IMG/VR virus record: IMGVR_UViG_3300030106_005205
Coordinates: 1 to 64,000 of that record
DNA: 64,000 nucleotides
Direction: 5' to 3' (one strand)
DNA from: a virus
Each line of letters opens with the position of its first letter. Position 1 is the stretch's first letter. Position numbers and translations under genes: made by a program. A model generated the notes under the pieces. The model was not told the origin of the DNA and ran no database searches. It was given only the letters and a program-made list of their open reading frames with translations. Below are positions 19,490 to 29,249 of the stretch, one piece after another.

Positions 19490-20479
19490 ATGATAAATTG
19501 TTTAACAGTATCTCAGTATAGAGACTTATCAGAAGAAGGGCAAAAAGCATTAGAGCTAATAACATCTCTAGAAAATGAAAAGAATATACGTAATAAGAAT
19601 GAATATGTTTCTTTCTCTGAAGATAAGAAGCAGATTAAATTAGAAGATAGTACTAGATTTGAAATTGATATATGTATACAACACATGTTAAATGAAAAAT
19701 TTGTCAGAACAGAGTTCAAAGATGTTGGTATATTTGAACCAACTACAAAAAATGAAATCGGATACAATAATTTTCTTGACTTTATGGATGCGATTATTGT
19801 AAGAAGTTCACATCAGAGGGATATTCTTCCAGAACATCTAAAGAATAAAACACAAGTTATAAGACCTGTTTACTCTTTTCCCTCTAAAAGAGATCGTACA
19901 AAAAGAATCATATCAACCTTTATCTTTTCTTGCCAGCTAACCGATAAGATAGATGATATCCTAACAGCGTACTTCAACTCATTTACTATAAATGATAATG
20001 TATGCCTAGCAGTATTGTCAAGTCCTGAGCAGTTAATAAAAAAAATAGATGAGGTAAAAGGTAAACTTGGCTTATATAAAGGACAAGAGTTTTATCCAGA
20101 GATCAAGATAGTAAATAATCTTGACACACTTTTAAGTATATCTCATTGCTGTATAGAGATTTCAGGAACTTATAACATAAAGAACTTCTGCGCCTCCTCG
20201 TTAAAGTATGGAAATCCAATAATAACGTTAAAGAACAATGCAGTGCTAGAATGGATAGGTGCTGAGTGTTACTACATTGTAGATTCTCATCAAGACTTTG
20301 TTAGGTCAAATCAGACTTGTGAGTTTGTTCATAAGCTCTCACTAGGCGAAAAAATGAGAAGTGTGGCGTATGACAGGAGAGGTTTTTTAGAAAAACAAAG
20401 GTCTATAATGGAGGGCTACTTTAAGTCATTTGATTATCTGAAAAAAGATTCTATAGGAGAAATTTTATGTTCTCTGTAA
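19490..20479 (+). CDS. Divergent glycosyltransferase-like protein
   Basis: MDAIIV, YFNSFTINDNVCL, YGNPII resemble a degenerate GT-B; cluster context. Confidence 0.45.
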   Translation: MINCLTVSQYRDLSEEGQKALELITSLENEKNIRNKNEYVSFSEDKKQIKLEDSTRFEIDICIQHMLNEKFVRTEFKDVGIFEPTTKNEIGYNNFLDFMDAIIVRSSHQRDILPEHLKNKTQVIRPVYSFPSKRDRTKRIISTFIFSCQLTDKIDDILTAYFNSFTINDNVCLAVLSSPEQLIKKIDEVKGKLGLYKGQEFYPEIKIVNNLDTLLSISHCCIEISGTYNIKNFCASSLKYGNPIITLKNNAVLEWIGAECYYIVDSHQDFVRSNQTCEFVHKLSLGEKMRSVAYDRRGFLEKQRSIMEGYFKSFDYLKKDSIGEILCSL

Positions 20480-21321
20480 TGAATTGTATAAAAAGGGCAG
20501 CTCCTCTTACTAAAGATAGGAATATTGAGATACTTGTTATACAACAGTCTCGCGAAAAATATCTTCTAGACATGTGTAAGATTCCTAATGTAACAGTATA
20601 CTCTTATTTTAATAATTTAAATCTTATCGATTCTATACCCGATAACTTGGTTGTCATAAACGACTTAGACAATGTTTTCTCCAAATCACTCGATTACATA
20701 GTATGTATTGGTAAAACAAATAGTGCGCATATATCAAATGTTCTAAGGGAAAGGTTTTCAAGCTCTGTCATTCTTGTAAATGATACTACAGACGAAACAT
20801 ATTGCAATAGGCCTTTTGGCACTAGTGTCACCAACAGAATACCTACAAACTATGATATAAAGGTTTCTATATATCCAAACATTTGCAAGGAGTCCATAAC
20901 AATTCCAAACATAATGAGTGATACAATTATCGCACCAAAAGACGAACAGTTCTGTTTATTCGACAAGCTTGAAAAGCCAGTCTTAACTAGATATCTAGGC
21001 GCACTGAAAGATATTAACTGTCTGACATTCTCTGAAGACAATCTGTTAAGAAGTAGGGTATTTATTGATACGGTAGTTGGTGTGACAGAACATCTGATTA
21101 AAGCAGTGCAAAGTAATTGCTTTATTATTTGCCCATATTCTGAAGAAGCACAAGATCTAATAGGAGAAAATGGATTGACATACAGAGGTTTTGAAGAGTT
21201 GGCAAAACACATACAAACAGTAAAAGATGAAGTAAACTTTAAAATGATTGACCCTAGCAAATATTGCATATCAGAAGATAAATTTGTTAGATCTTGGGAA
21301 AAAGTTTTGAGAGGACAATAG
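20467..21321 (+). CDS. Divergent glycosyltransferase-like protein
   Basis: C-terminal VFID...LIKAVQSNC...ENGL...FVRSWEKVL resembles a GT-B C-domain. Confidence 0.45.
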   Translation: MFSVMNCIKRAAPLTKDRNIEILVIQQSREKYLLDMCKIPNVTVYSYFNNLNLIDSIPDNLVVINDLDNVFSKSLDYIVCIGKTNSAHISNVLRERFSSSVILVNDTTDETYCNRPFGTSVTNRIPTNYDIKVSIYPNICKESITIPNIMSDTIIAPKDEQFCLFDKLEKPVLTRYLGALKDINCLTFSEDNLLRSRVFIDTVVGVTEHLIKAVQSNCFIICPYSEEAQDLIGENGLTYRGFEELAKHIQTVKDEVNFKMIDPSKYCISEDKFVRSWEKVLRGQ

Positions 21322-21741
21322 ATGAAATTACTAATATATTCAGACCAGCAACCACCAATAGTGCCGCTAGACAATAATAGTATTGAAGTAGTGCATAAAG
21401 ACGATATAAATATAGACGACATACCGAATTATCTCTATGACGAGATTGAGTGCTATAATTATCTTGAATACACAGAGGATGATGGACTAGACAAATTGAT
21501 TGCTAAAATGAGTTCGAAAGCTACGCTTAGATTAAAAGGTGTGGATATATTTCAAGCTTCTAAAAGTTTTACTAGTGGCAATATATCAACTTCACAGATG
21601 TCAGAGGCAATAGCTAAAGGCAGGAGAAGATGCTTTAGTGTACACGAATTAGCAGAGTCAATATCTTCAAAAAATCTAAATGTTGTGTTCGCTGGAATAT
21701 CTGGAATAAACTATATGATCGAGGCAAAGAAAAATGATTAA
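21322..21741 (+). CDS. Hypothetical protein (degenerate methyltransferase-like)
   Basis: YDEIECYNYLEY...MIEAKK pattern; weak. Confidence 0.35.
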   Translation: MKLLIYSDQQPPIVPLDNNSIEVVHKDDINIDDIPNYLYDEIECYNYLEYTEDDGLDKLIAKMSSKATLRLKGVDIFQASKSFTSGNISTSQMSEAIAKGRRRCFSVHELAESISSKNLNVVFAGISGINYMIEAKKND

Positions 21742-22546
21742 TCAAGTACACACTAGCTGCAGAGATTGTGCTTTCGCTGAGTATACTAAAGGAACGCAAG
21801 TTGGCTGCGAATTTAATAGGATTGAATCGTATAAAAACTCAGGTGCAGAAGTCTTAGAAGCCTATGATGAAAATGGAAAAGAATTCTATGTTATTAATGA
21901 TAGGATTTGTATTTATCATAGAAGTAAAGACTGGGCAAAAAAGTATCCTACTTCTGATTTAAAAAGTGTTGTTAAATCACAATGCAAGATACCATTTCAT
22001 GCAATTATTATTCATAAAAAAGGACAGACTATACAAGAACTTGAATCTACGATATCTAGCCTTAGTGACCAATATAATCCTCCAACAGTAGTCTCTGTTA
22101 TTAACAGGAATATTGGAGATTCTTTGTACAAGACTAACATGATGATTGAGTCTGTATTTAAAAAATATGAAGATTCATTCAAATGGAGGGTACAAAGCAT
22201 TGTCGATCAAGAAAAACCAGAACGAGAGTGTATTGATTTAGCTATTGATGGGACATACTTTAAGTATAACTATCCATACTATATCACATTTTTTAGTGGC
22301 TTTTCTGTCCCAAAAGATTTTACAAAAGAGCTTGACAATGCAATAATGTTAGACAACAAGCAGGTCATTGTTGCTTATGGAGTTGATAAAACAGAAAACT
22401 GTATGTTGGTTAATAAACTTATGCATAGAAAACATACTGGAAATGCATTTTTAATTAATGTTGAGACTAAAATTCTAGAGCTGGAAGAAGACTCAGAAAG
22501 CTATTTCCATAATATAGAAGACCTATGTCCATGCCTTGTAGGATAG
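21734..22546 (+). CDS. Protein with N-terminal Cys cluster and GT-A-like C-terminal part
   Basis: CRDC...C...C, then LESTISSLSDQYNPP resembling a GT2 N-terminal motif. Confidence 0.4.
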   Translation: MINQVHTSCRDCAFAEYTKGTQVGCEFNRIESYKNSGAEVLEAYDENGKEFYVINDRICIYHRSKDWAKKYPTSDLKSVVKSQCKIPFHAIIIHKKGQTIQELESTISSLSDQYNPPTVVSVINRNIGDSLYKTNMMIESVFKKYEDSFKWRVQSIVDQEKPERECIDLAIDGTYFKYNYPYYITFFSGFSVPKDFTKELDNAIMLDNKQVIVAYGVDKTENCMLVNKLMHRKHTGNAFLINVETKILELEEDSESYFHNIEDLCPCLVG

Positions 22547-22914
22547 TCATAGCATCTCAAAATTTATTTAGAGAAATGCAAACATACAATGATTGTTATG
22601 TGTGGCTAAACCTCTATAATAGACCCAATTTTATAGAAAAAATATTCACTCAAGAAAGCTTTGATATATTTGGAATACTAGTAAAAGGGATGACATTTGC
22701 TAATGAAAATTCAGCAGATGTTATAGTCAAGCTATTTGAAGCTGTAGATGATTTAGCATGTATTATGACTGAAGAAATAGTAAATAACGAATACTGTGTT
22801 TTCATAAATACAAGACTAACCGGCGCTGTGATAAACACTAAAGAAATTATTCAAAATCAACAATGGAAGACTGTCTGTATTGGCGGATTGGTTAAACCGA
22901 ATGGCAAAACATAA
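22525..22914 (+). CDS. Hypothetical protein
   Basis: ORF filling the operon; overlaps neighbours. Confidence 0.45.
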   Translation: MSMPCRIVIASQNLFREMQTYNDCYVWLNLYNRPNFIEKIFTQESFDIFGILVKGMTFANENSADVIVKLFEAVDDLACIMTEEIVNNEYCVFINTRLTGAVINTKEIIQNQQWKTVCIGGLVKPNGKT

Positions 22915-23602
22915 AATTAAAAAATCACATGAAGATGAAATCACGGTTATAATACCTGCAGCAGGAAGAGGTAGGAGGATGAAGTCTTATGGGCCAAAAC
23001 CACTCATAAATATTGGGAGTTGCACCATACTCCAAAGACAGATAACTATGGTAAAATCAATTTTTCCAAATGCAAGATTTGTCATAGTGGCTGGATTTGA
23101 AGCTGATAAACTAATGTCTAGTACTCCAAAGGATTTTATAAATCTTGAGAATGAACTCTACGAACAGACCAATGTATGTAGAAGTGTTTCAATTGCGCTC
23201 AATGCGATTGATACAGAGAGGGTTCTTATAATTATGGGAGACCTCATCTTCAATGACAAAGCATTGTCCACGCTTGACTTTCATAAGTCTTGTATATCTG
23301 CTAATATAGATATAAATAGAGATCGTGAGGTTGGATGTATAGTATCCGCAGATGACACCTTATCAAATATGATGTATGATTTAGACTTGAAGTGGAACCA
23401 GATTATATATCTTCAAAGTAAAGAGTTAGATATCTTCAAAACAATCTGCAAGAAAAGAAAAAATAACAAGCTGTTTTTATTTGAAATAATAAACAAAGTT
23501 ATTGATAAGGGTGGTAAAATTAAGTGCATAGTAAATGATGAAGTAAAAGTAATAGATGTTGACACATCTAAAGACCTATTAAGAGCAGGTAGTATAATAT
23601 GA
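22901..23602 (+). CDS. Sugar/choline-phosphate nucleotidyltransferase (LicC/NTP transferase family)
   Basis: IIPAAGRGRRM...PKPL, EN..Y..TN, MGDLIF, IDVDT..DL. Confidence 0.85.
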   Translation: MAKHKIKKSHEDEITVIIPAAGRGRRMKSYGPKPLINIGSCTILQRQITMVKSIFPNARFVIVAGFEADKLMSSTPKDFINLENELYEQTNVCRSVSIALNAIDTERVLIIMGDLIFNDKALSTLDFHKSCISANIDINRDREVGCIVSADDTLSNMMYDLDLKWNQIIYLQSKELDIFKTICKKRKNNKLFLFEIINKVIDKGGKIKCIVNDEVKVIDVDTSKDLLRAGSII

Positions 23603-24369
23603 AGATAGCAATAGATATATCAAATCCATTTTCAAAGAAACTATTTGATAAACTGGTTAGTGTCAAAACAATACATAACCTAATTCCTTTTTATTGCGAG
23701 AGAACCCCTTTGATGAAGGTGTTCAAGGAGTCAAGAGCTGAAGCTTTTATATTGAATAGTAGATGTAATTACATTGATGCTTCTTATATAAAATCCTGTC
23801 AGGATGTAACAATAATACATTTAGGTAATGATTCTGAAGATATAGTAGTAGCCGATCTAGTGACAGGAGAGTCTTCTAGATACAATTGTTTAGGGTTTGA
23901 TAAGTTTATTGATCTAAACACATTCAAGCCATCACAGTTCGACAAAAAATATAAATCTGACTATGTGTGCATAACAAGTAATTTAAAAGATAACAACGAT
24001 CAAGTTCCTATTGAGATAATTAAAGAGCTTGCTAAAATAAAAACAAAGTTTATCGGCAGTACTAAAATAGATGTTCCAAACTATTTGGGACGAGTTGATG
24101 AAGAAGACATGATTAAATTTTGTGGCTCATCTAAATACTGTATAGATATAACAGGTAATGATTACTTAACATATCTAGCGTCAGGATCAGAAAATATTTT
24201 GAGTGCTCAGTATCACTTCAATTCTGTAGAAACTTTAATGGATGCGATTTCTTATGAAGATATATTTGAGTCAGAAGATCATAAAAAATGGATTAGGGAA
24301 AAGTACGAAGACATCGCAAGAAACAGTTACTCGTCTTTAGTACAGAACTTATTAGAATTTATAGGTTAG
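23599..24369 (+). CDS. Hypothetical protein (possibly a degenerate GT-B)
   Basis: 256-aa ORF; PNYLGRV motif; cluster context. Confidence 0.4.
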   Translation: MKIAIDISNPFSKKLFDKLVSVKTIHNLIPFYCERTPLMKVFKESRAEAFILNSRCNYIDASYIKSCQDVTIIHLGNDSEDIVVADLVTGESSRYNCLGFDKFIDLNTFKPSQFDKKYKSDYVCITSNLKDNNDQVPIEIIKELAKIKTKFIGSTKIDVPNYLGRVDEEDMIKFCGSSKYCIDITGNDYLTYLASGSENILSAQYHFNSVETLMDAISYEDIFESEDHKKWIREKYEDIARNSYSSLVQNLLEFIG

Positions 24370-24372
24370 CAA

Positions 24373-24783
24373 ATGATTGGTGTTATATCAGAAAAAATAA
24401 ACTTCTTACATAATTATAACTTAGATGGTAGTAATACATGTGTATTCTTTGATGGGTATATACCTCCTGTACTAATGCCTGACGTATGCCAGTTTTCGGT
24501 AAGTGGCATATTTGATTTTAGAGGCATAGCTGCTTCTACATGCATTGAATCAACAAAGACACTGTTGAATTCTAGCACTCCGTCCAAGAAGTTTTATCTT
24601 GTAGAAAATGCGGAATGGACTAATGCTGAAATATCATATAAGGACCTTATGCGTATTTTCTTTAATAAAGATTTAAAAATAGTTGCTTTGAATGAAGAAA
24701 TACATGAAATCATATCAGACTTTTTTAGAGAGCCCGACCTTCTCATGGAAAGTTTTGATTTAAGACTATTGGAGAATGTATAA
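24373..24783 (+). CDS. Hypothetical protein
   Basis: ORF coupled by TAATG to next gene. Confidence 0.5.
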   Translation: MIGVISEKINFLHNYNLDGSNTCVFFDGYIPPVLMPDVCQFSVSGIFDFRGIAASTCIESTKTLLNSSTPSKKFYLVENAEWTNAEISYKDLMRIFFNKDLKIVALNEEIHEIISDFFREPDLLMESFDLRLLENV

Positions 24784-25568
24784 TGGAATATTCCAAACTT
24801 ACTGAAAAGGAAAAGAAAAAGTTCATAAAAGATAATTATATTAAAAAGAAGCTTAGCTTTGCAGAAATTGCAAAAATTGCAGGAACATATTCTAATAAGA
24901 TTAGAAGAGATGCAAATAAGTTTGGTATTACTATAAGAAATCGTAGTGAAGCTGCAAAGATCGCGCTCAATCAAGGACGATCAGAACACCCTACTAAAGG
25001 CAAAGGTCATGATAAGTCTACTAGGCTTAAAATTAGTGAGGCTCAGGGTAAGGTATGGGATTCTTTAGATGAAGAAGAAAGACAAAAAAGGTCTGAGATA
25101 GGAAAGCAAAGCTGGAATAAAAAGAGTGAATCTGAAAAGCGTGAAGTTATAGAAAAGGGAGGTCAAGCTATCAGGGAGGCTTCTAGAATAGGTTCTAAGC
25201 TAGAAAGATATATATTGCAAGAGTTGATAAAGCTAAATTATAATGTTCAATTCCATAGAGAGCATGTGCTGAGAAATCATAGGCTAGAAATCGACTTGTA
25301 TGTAACAGATTTACAAACAGCTATTGAAGTTGATGGCCCGTCTCATTTTGAACCTGTATGGGGCGAAGAAAATTTAATCAGAAATCAGCGCTCAGATAAG
25401 CAAAAAACGGGTTTAATTATATCACAGGGAATGGTTCTGATAAGAATCAAGCAGGATAAGCGTATTTCACAACGATACTTTAGGAATATATTAAATAAAC
25501 TCGTTGAGGAACTTGAGAAGATTAAAACAAATTTTCCAGAACAGGATAAGAGGTATATAGAGATATGA
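24783..25568 (+). CDS. HTH + DUF559/Vsr-like endonuclease (possible free-standing homing endonuclease)
   Basis: LSFAEIAKIAG HTH; NUMOD3-like KGKGH...TRLKISEA; SKLE...EIDLY...AIEVDGPSH...DKQK. Confidence 0.7.
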   Translation: MEYSKLTEKEKKKFIKDNYIKKKLSFAEIAKIAGTYSNKIRRDANKFGITIRNRSEAAKIALNQGRSEHPTKGKGHDKSTRLKISEAQGKVWDSLDEEERQKRSEIGKQSWNKKSESEKREVIEKGGQAIREASRIGSKLERYILQELIKLNYNVQFHREHVLRNHRLEIDLYVTDLQTAIEVDGPSHFEPVWGEENLIRNQRSDKQKTGLIISQGMVLIRIKQDKRISQRYFRNILNKLVEELEKIKTNFPEQDKRYIEI

Positions 25569-26311
25569 GTAAAGCAAAAGCAAAGAAAACAGATTTTGAA
25601 GACATTGTAGAAGTAGTTGAGGATACTTTGGAAACAAAGGAAGAGGATATTGTTATTCGGCCACAAGACCCTGAGTGGAGTGAATATGTGCTTGATCAAA
25701 TGCATGACAGCGAACTAAAAGATGGTAATCCTACAGTTGATGGTTTACGTCGTGTTACAGAGAGAATATATGGTGAGATTATTCAATCTTCAAGTGAAAT
25801 TTTTAATTACAATACTGATCGTGGCATTTGTACTGTAAAGCATACTTTAGCGATCCAAAAATACGCTACGGATACTATAATAACTGTAGATGGTTGTGTT
25901 GATGTTAAGTATCAAAACATTCCACACCCTTTCAACCAACATCTTGTTTCGACTGCAGACACGCGCGCCGAAGGGAAAGCTCTTCGTAGAGCATTAAAGC
26001 TTCGAGTAGTGACTGCCGAAGAAGTACAGCAGACATCAGAAGATGATGTTCTTGCCGCTGAAGAAAATATCACAGATCAACAGATCTTGGCTATTAATCA
26101 GATGTGCAAGAGACTGGACGTTAATTTGGTTGAGGGTGTAAAGAGCGTTTGTCCTAACGCAGACTCAATCAGAGATTCAAGCAACCTCCAAGGCCGTATG
26201 CTGTTAAGTACTCTATCCGAGTATCAACGTAGTCCAGCATCCATTCCTGAAAACCTTGTTGGTTATAACCCACAGTGGAGAGACACTTTTGATAGCGGAG
26301 GTAAAAAATAA
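25565..26311 (+). CDS. Putative single-strand annealing protein (Rad52/Sak-like)
   Basis: DGLRRV...TADTRAEGKALRRAL; C-terminal ITDQQ module. Confidence 0.5.
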   Translation: MSKAKAKKTDFEDIVEVVEDTLETKEEDIVIRPQDPEWSEYVLDQMHDSELKDGNPTVDGLRRVTERIYGEIIQSSSEIFNYNTDRGICTVKHTLAIQKYATDTIITVDGCVDVKYQNIPHPFNQHLVSTADTRAEGKALRRALKLRVVTAEEVQQTSEDDVLAAEENITDQQILAINQMCKRLDVNLVEGVKSVCPNADSIRDSSNLQGRMLLSTLSEYQRSPASIPENLVGYNPQWRDTFDSGGKK

Positions 26312-26697
26312 TGAAAGCTAATGTGAGAGCAACAGCAGATTTATCATTTCAAGTTGATGCGGAAACCGAAGAAGAACTTTTTAAGCAAATTGCAAGAGTT
26401 CAGGAGGTCTTCCAACATCAGTCATGTGGAAAATGCAATTCTACTGATGTAAAATTTGTGTGCCGTCATGACAGCTCAGAGAACGACTGGCTTGAGGTAG
26501 TCTGTAAAGAATGCCGAGCAAAAGTAATCTTTGGGCGCACCAAGAAAGGTGGTCAAATCTATCCAAAGATCAGATGGGATCAACTTTCACAAAAGCAACA
26601 AGAGCAAAGGATCAATGAAAAGTCCTATGCTGACAAAAATAGAGGCTTCCTGCCTCACAGAGGGTGGTTTATTTATAAGCCACAGGGCGCCAGCTAA
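26311..26697 (+). CDS. Zinc-finger hypothetical protein
   Basis: CGKC...CKEC; GGAGG RBS. Confidence 0.55.
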   Translation: MKANVRATADLSFQVDAETEEELFKQIARVQEVFQHQSCGKCNSTDVKFVCRHDSSENDWLEVVCKECRAKVIFGRTKKGGQIYPKIRWDQLSQKQQEQRINEKSYADKNRGFLPHRGWFIYKPQGAS

Positions 26698-26724
26698 GTT
26701 GCTGAATACAGTTTTTAAAACTGG

Positions 26725-26750
26725 ACGGGGTTTTATACCCCGTTTTTTAT
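26725..26750 (+). terminator. Intrinsic terminator at the convergence of the two gene blocks
   Basis: ACGGGGT-tttat-ACCCCGT followed by a T tract; a second hairpin CAGTTTTTAAAACTG lies just upstream. Confidence 0.8.
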
Positions 26751-27506
26751 TTAACGCCTTGTAAAATTCCTACACACGTTTTTGAACCAAAGTTTTTCTA
26801 GACTCTTTGTATCTACCTTACTTGGTTTTGTGATAGCAATAGCGTATCCAGATCGTTCGTTATTACTAAAGTACTCAAGAAGGAACTTCTTCATCTTATC
26901 TTGCTCTTTATACTCAGGTAGATGTATTAAGTTTTCCTCTAGGAACTCATCTACTGCTGGTTTGACACCATTGAATACTTCTTCATAATAGTAATCATCT
27001 ATTACAATCACTCCTCCTTCTTTAAGTCTATTCCAAACAAGTGGTAGTATATGTTTGGTGGGCTCATATATATCTAAATCTATGTAACAAAAAGATATTT
27101 TATTAGGTAAGTCGCCTTGTTCAATATCTCTGACATCTACTTTTAATATCTCGTCTGGAATAGGTGTATCAAATTTATTAAATGTGTTTAGAAAATTGTC
27201 TAGACTTGAAGCAAGGTCGCCATCCTCACAGTGTCCGTGAGCATTTGAATCTTTATCAGAAGTCCCTAATATACCTTCAAAGCTATCAAATACCCAAAAC
27301 TCTTTATCAGGACAAAAGAGATCTATAAAAGTTTTTATAATAACAGATGTCTGACCATAGGAACATCCTACCTCTATTATATCACCACCCTTATCTTCAC
27401 ATAAAAAAGAAGTATTCCACAGGTGTTTTAGTATAAGAGATTTTCTTTCTATCGTGGTCATATTAGGAAATGCACATAACTGTTCTAGAAATTGTCTTAA
27501 GTCCAT
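26751..27506 (-). CDS. TylF/MycF/NovP-family O-methyltransferase
   Basis: GDIIEVG, VFDSFEG, ISFCYIDLDIYEPT, GGVIVIDDY, GVKPAVDEF. Confidence 0.88.
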   Translation of the reverse strand: MDLRQFLEQLCAFPNMTTIERKSLILKHLWNTSFLCEDKGGDIIEVGCSYGQTSVIIKTFIDLFCPDKEFWVFDSFEGILGTSDKDSNAHGHCEDGDLASSLDNFLNTFNKFDTPIPDEILKVDVRDIEQGDLPNKISFCYIDLDIYEPTKHILPLVWNRLKEGGVIVIDDYYYEEVFNGVKPAVDEFLEENLIHLPEYKEQDKMKKFLLEYFSNNERSGYAIAITKPSKVDTKSLEKLWFKNVCRNFTRR

Positions 27507-27515
27507 TGTTCTTCT

Positions 27516-28523
27516 TTATATATGTAAGTTTGTTGCCCTAATTACTTCTACGGAGTTAACTCTTGTGTCTAGAATAATGTCTAGATTCTCTTGCACTGTA
27601 GTCAAAAATTCATGATACATTGGATGATCTTTATTTGATATATCTTTTGACTCAAAAAGTTTTCTGTCTGTTCTTCCCCAAAATCCCATCATTGTCAAAT
27701 TAACAAATGAAGCCCCATATATATTAAAGGCTTGCTCTATAAATAATGGAATCTCTCGAAAGTTATCTTGTTGTACAACCATATTTACATGTATTTCTTT
27801 TCCTAATTTGCTTACAAACTGCATAGCATCTGTTAATTCGGAAAATGTTGACCCAAGTCTAGTCTTGTTATAGGTTTCCTCTGTGGCCGCGTCAATACTA
27901 ACCTTAATATTTTTTATATTGCTATGTATATTTTTTATTGAATCCCAGTAACGAGGAATCAGTATTCCATTAGTAAATATTTCTATACTCAAATCATTGT
28001 ATAATGAAGGATCTAGCTGCTGAAGTATCTTTCTCCAAGCCGGGCTAGCAAAAGGATCTCCAGAGCCTATACACTCTATCCAAGTAATACTATCTTTAAA
28101 TGTGTCAAGTACTAAATTAGTTTGCTCAAAGACAGCTTGCTGGTTTTTATCTATTATAGGCCGAATCCTACATGTCCAGCAATGCAGGTTACAAGTTTGG
28201 TCATTAGCAAAAGTTATATATCTTGGCCCTTCCTGCATCACAGGAGTCATATAGCTATCTTTGTATTGAACGTGCTTTGGAGCCGATGATAGAACAGGAC
28301 AATTGAGACACAATCTAGAATCAGAAGAAAGCCATGATGACCGCAAGTTCTGGAATATCTCATGATTCCACATATCCCACAGATTTCTGAAGTCTCCCTT
28401 TACTATCATATCGTTATGGTTACTAAACCAAGAGCCACAACATGTCATATAGTGTGGATAAGGATAAAAAGTTGCTTTATTTAGAACGTGCAGAGTGTGA
28501 AAGGGATGATTGCAAAATCTCAT
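27516..28523 (-). CDS. Radical SAM protein with N-terminal SPASM/Twitch-like domain
   Basis: CNLHCWTC (CxxxCxxC), GDPF, TNG, VSIDA; N-terminal CxxPF...CC...W...CxxCP. Confidence 0.85.
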   Translation of the reverse strand: MRFCNHPFHTLHVLNKATFYPYPHYMTCCGSWFSNHNDMIVKGDFRNLWDMWNHEIFQNLRSSWLSSDSRLCLNCPVLSSAPKHVQYKDSYMTPVMQEGPRYITFANDQTCNLHCWTCRIRPIIDKNQQAVFEQTNLVLDTFKDSITWIECIGSGDPFASPAWRKILQQLDPSLYNDLSIEIFTNGILIPRYWDSIKNIHSNIKNIKVSIDAATEETYNKTRLGSTFSELTDAMQFVSKLGKEIHVNMVVQQDNFREIPLFIEQAFNIYGASFVNLTMMGFWGRTDRKLFESKDISNKDHPMYHEFLTTVQENLDIILDTRVNSVEVIRATNLHI

Positions 28524-28795
28524 TCCTCTTTCTCTGTTGTTTTCTTGAAGAAAGGAAACAGGCGATTTAAGAATCTTTTTCTTTCTTTACACCCACATCC
28601 GCGAATTCCAAAGACTCTTTCCATCCTTTCTGGAGTAACGCCCATCTTGCTTAATACAGATTCTATTGCTGTCCCTAAGCCCTCTTCATTTTCTGGGAAT
28701 ATAGAATGTTCGTCCTTAACACCCTCTTGTGCTAAGTGCTCCCTAAACTTATCTGCTAGCTGATCATCAGACAGATTGTCATAATTTTCACTCAT
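28520..28795 (-). CDS. Small Cys-motif protein (domain B)
   Basis: EGLGTAIE...GCGCKERKRFLN; paralogous to the C-terminus of 28788-29249. Confidence 0.6.
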   Translation of the reverse strand: MSENYDNLSDDQLADKFREHLAQEGVKDEHSIFPENEEGLGTAIESVLSKMGVTPERMERVFGIRGCGCKERKRFLNRLFPFFKKTTEKEE

Positions 28796-29249
28796 CTTGT
28801 TTTCCTTTGTTTGTATAAGAAAATATTTTGTTAAACCAAGTTTTTCTTTCGCTGCATCCACATCCGGGGCCGCCTAATATCTTTTCTATTTTATCTTGAT
28901 TTATACCAAACTTATTTAAAACTTTTTCTATCGTATCACCAAGACCCTCTGAATGTTTATTAATATCAATACCAGAATCTTTCATTTCTTTAATTGCCAT
29001 ATCAGCAGTCTTATCCATCTCTGTTTTTTTTCTCATCTTCCTATCATAGTTTTTTCTGACTTCGTTGTTATGAACACCTTTCATGGTAGCGGTTTGTAAG
29101 AATAGAGTTCTATACCTAACGTCTGTTTTACATAGGTGATGAAGCCTTTGTGTCATAGATTTTTGTAATAGAGGACAATATCCTGCAGCTTCACAATCGC
29201 ATTCGAAACCCTCTTTTGACATTTTTTCATAGTCATATTCATCTTGCAT
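28788..29249 (-). CDS. Cys-motif protein (domain A + domain B)
   Basis: CDC..YC..L..MT..L..CK and EGLGDTIE...GCGCSERKTWFN. Confidence 0.6.
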   Translation of the reverse strand: MQDEYDYEKMSKEGFECDCEAAGYCPLLQKSMTQRLHHLCKTDVRYRTLFLQTATMKGVHNNEVRKNYDRKMRKKTEMDKTADMAIKEMKDSGIDINKHSEGLGDTIEKVLNKFGINQDKIEKILGGPGCGCSERKTWFNKIFSYTNKGKQDE

